From the NCBI RefSeq assembly GCF_006345805.1, contig NC_043026.1:13123579-13187578 (forward strand): a stretch of 64,000 nt of DNA, read 5' to 3'. The stretch comes from Octopus sinensis (lineage: Eukaryota). Shown here one piece after another: positions 61,175 to 64,000 of this stretch. The position numbers were made by a program, and so were the translations under genes. The number at the start of each line of letters is the position of its first letter. The first letter of the stretch is position 1. Under the pieces are notes generated by a model. That model searched no databases. It was not told the DNA's origin and saw only the letters and a program-made list of their open reading frames with translations.

Positions 61175-61357
61175 CGGATTTCTTTATACGGGAATACGAT
61201 TTTTATCCCAAATATAACGTTTTTCAAAATTTTATCCCCCACCCCACCACCACCAATTTCTTAATTTTAGACTTTGCTAGGTCGTCGTTGTAGGATCGAC
61301 TACTTGCGACTGCGCGTGTGCGCTCACCGGGACCACTGTTCGCTTGTAGTACATTTA

Positions 61358-61915
61358 GGTACTACTAGCGAACAGTGGTCCCGGTGCGCACGCGCGCCAG
61401 CTCGTCATGACTAGTCGATCCTTGCTTTGTGTCTTTGTGTGTTATTTACTTTGTTTAACAAAAAATATTTACTTTGTGTAAAAAAGAAGTAATATACATA
61501 CATATACACATACACCGAGTAAAAAATTTCAGTTATCTCTTTCTTTCACACATTACTCTCTCTGTCTCTTCACACACACTAACAGAAGCACTTCACTTAC
61601 ACAACATACTGTCTGTCTCCCACACCCCATCAAACACACACACACACACACATGTCCATCAATGCTTCCCCTGGACGGTAACTTCAAAAGAACTTCCCTC
61701 GTCATACAATCGCTTTCTCTTAGTATCGACGGAAAGGTCTACTAGAGACGAAAGATTGCCAAAAAATTATTTACTTTGTGTAAAAAAAATTATTTATTTT
61801 GTGTTTTATTTACTCTGCTAGGTCGTCGTTGTAGGATCGACTACTTACGACTAGCTAGCGCGGATGCGCGACTTGGCGTGCGCGCGCACCGGGACCACTG
61901 TTCGCTAGTTGTACC
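61358..61915. mobile_element. TIR element (GGTACTACTAGCGAACAGTGGTCCCGG) with nested partial GGCRATC MITE
   Basis: TIRs at 61,358 and 61,915. An extra right end at 61,275-61,352 and a lone left end at about 39,683. Confidence 0.7.
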
Positions 61916-62324
61916 AAAACAGAACAAGCACACACACACACACAACCCATTTCTCTTCCCAACTGACAATTGATTTCTTTATTAGCCACAAGGGGCCCAA
62001 AATAGAGGGGACAAACAAGGGCAGACAGGACACCTCAGAGGGGACAATATATAGAACAAATATGAGATGAAGACAAGATATTTCGGCCAGTTTAAATTCT
62101 AAAAGATTCAGTATTTTCTGTACCTTAAACAGTATTTTTCACACGGTCTTTTTTTTATCTTATTTCAGATTATCAGATAATATTTACGATTAAAGAATTC
62201 TTTACAGTGGATACATCTTCATTATTTATCATCTTTTGAAGGCAAAAAGAAAATGTTTTACTGAACTTCTATAATTGTTTACATAAACTTGTGGATAATT
62301 TATTTTCATGAGGTGAGAAAAATT

Positions 62325-63086
62325 ATGGAAGTTGAATTATGTGAGAAGAATGAAGAATTTAAATCACAATGTAAAACTTCTGATTTTCCTGAAGATATAA
62401 AGAAAGAGGAAAAAGAAACACCTTATCACTGTGATACATGTGATAGATCATTCTCTGAGAGATGTCACCTCAATAAACACAAATGTATTCAAACGAGGGA
62501 GCGACCATATCAGTGTAATAATTGTGGTAAATCATTTTCGCATAACCGTAATTTAATTGTTCACATACGTATTCATACTGGAGAGAGACCGTATCATTGT
62601 GATATCTGTGACAGATCTTTCTCCACAGGAAGCAGCTTGACTAAACACACACGCATTCATACAGGAGAGAAACCATTCCACTGCGATCTCTGCGGGAAAT
62701 CGTTCTCTGGCAGTAGTGACTTGACTCAACATAAGCGCTTTCATACAGGTGAAAAGCCATATCAGTGTGATATCTGTAATAAATCATTCTCGCAGAGTGG
62801 ACACTTAACTGTACACAGACGTATTCATACGGGAGAAAAACCATATCAGTGTGATATCTGTAGTAAGACCTTCTCTGAAAGCAGTCCCTTAATTCAACAT
62901 ACGCGTATTCATACGGGAGAGAAACCATATCACTGTGATATCTGTGGTAGATCATTCACACAAAGTACCCACCTAACTATACATAGACGTAAGCACGCAG
63001 GCAAAAAACTCTATCCTTGTGATATCTGTGGTAAATCATTCTCTCGAACTGGTCTATTGGCTCTTCATAAATTAGATTGTAATTAA
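62325..63086 (+). CDS. C2H2 zinc-finger protein 3, 8 fingers (first lacks terminal His, last ends H-x3-C), 253 aa
   Basis: In-frame ATG at 62,325, short charged leader, TGEKP-linked fingers. Confidence 0.9.
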   Translation: MEVELCEKNEEFKSQCKTSDFPEDIKKEEKETPYHCDTCDRSFSERCHLNKHKCIQTRERPYQCNNCGKSFSHNRNLIVHIRIHTGERPYHCDICDRSFSTGSSLTKHTRIHTGEKPFHCDLCGKSFSGSSDLTQHKRFHTGEKPYQCDICNKSFSQSGHLTVHRRIHTGEKPYQCDICSKTFSESSPLIQHTRIHTGEKPYHCDICGRSFTQSTHLTIHRRKHAGKKLYPCDICGKSFSRTGLLALHKLDCN

Positions 63087-63169
63087 ACAAAATTGTTTCA
63101 AGTGTGAGCATGACAGAAACTGTAATGAAATTTCAAGATGTAGTCTCTTGTGATTATCAAGAGTAAAGT

Positions 63170-63470
63170 TGAGGTACATGGCCTAGTGGTTAGAGCAGCG
63201 GACTCGCGGTCGAGGGATTGCGGGTTCGAATCTCAGACCGGGCGATGTGTGTGTTTATGAGCGAAACATCTAAGCTCCACACGGCTCTGGCAGAAGGTAA
63301 TGGCGAAACTTCTGCTGACTCTTTCGCCGCAACTTTCTCTCACTCTTTCCTCCTGCATCTTGCAGCTCACCTGCGACGGACCGGCGTCCCGTCCAGGTGG
63401 GTAACCTATACGCCAAGAAACCAGGAAACCGGCCCTTATGAGCCAGGAATGGCTCGAGACGGAACAAATA
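63170..63470 (+). mobile_element. SINE family C
   Basis: Head TGGCCTAGTGGTTAGAGCAGCGGACTCGCGG..GGTTCGAATC. Confidence 0.85.
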
Positions 63471-64000
63471 AATAATAAAATATAACCAAGAGTAAAGGCA
63501 GTGCTCCAGCATGGCCGCAGTCAAATGACTGAAACAAGTAAAAGAGTAGGAGGATTATTTCTCTAATCAATATTCACCAACACAGTCCCAATTACACCAT
63601 GTAACGATTTTGTGTAGGTGGGTAGTAACAGTTATTTCTTATTTGCTTACCCCTAGAAAGTATGAAAAATGGCTAACATTTCCTTCACACTTTGCTTTTG
63701 TTATAATATTTATTCAATCCCCAGAGAATCCCTCAAAGAATCATGGCTATGATGCTCCTCCACTGCTCCTGTTCATCATCAGAGATGTACATGATATCGG
63801 CCACCAAGAGACATTCTCAGGTGGTTATGGTCAGGCAATTGACAACTAAATTTATTGTATTGAGCAGAATATTTGTAATGGAAAATAAGTCAGCTTCGAA
63901 CAACTGATGTCCAGGTCACAAAAAGTACGAAGGGGACAGTAGGGATTTCTTCGTATTTCGTACATAGAAGCAAATATGAGATAACACTTACTCACCAAAG

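Noticed and set aside
63170-63245. tRNA genes at SINE heads (also 49,068, 52,027 and 55,856)
   Set aside because: A/B boxes present but no complete acceptor stem, and each continues into a SINE body.

Overview
AT-rich, repeat-dense animal genomic DNA, most likely a coleoid cephalopod (Octopus-like). This is inferred from the tRNA-derived SINE families and the clustered single-coding-exon C2H2 zinc-finger genes. The left half (1-35.3 kb) is a caspase locus built as a large inverted duplication, with arms of about 1-14,378 and 18,952-34,331 around a unique spacer of about 4.6 kb. Each arm carries one intact, intronless effector-type caspase pointing outward (SHG + QACRG) and one caspase pseudogene. 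The spacer holds an intact-ORF caspase homologue that lacks both catalytic residues. By hand alignment, the two active copies differ almost only at amino-acid-changing sites, many of them in substrate-binding loops. They also have different C-terminal tails: Cys-rich (CaaX-like) in one, basic (NLS-like) in the other. Both tails appear to derive from read-through of the ancestral stop codon. The right half (35.4-64 kb, after a 100-N gap) holds three C2H2-ZNF genes among SINEs, CR1 fragments, hAT-, piggyBac- and Helitron-type non-autonomous elements, hairpins and a 131-bp satellite. Most long ORFs in the track are microsatellite artefacts. All counts and alignments are manual.
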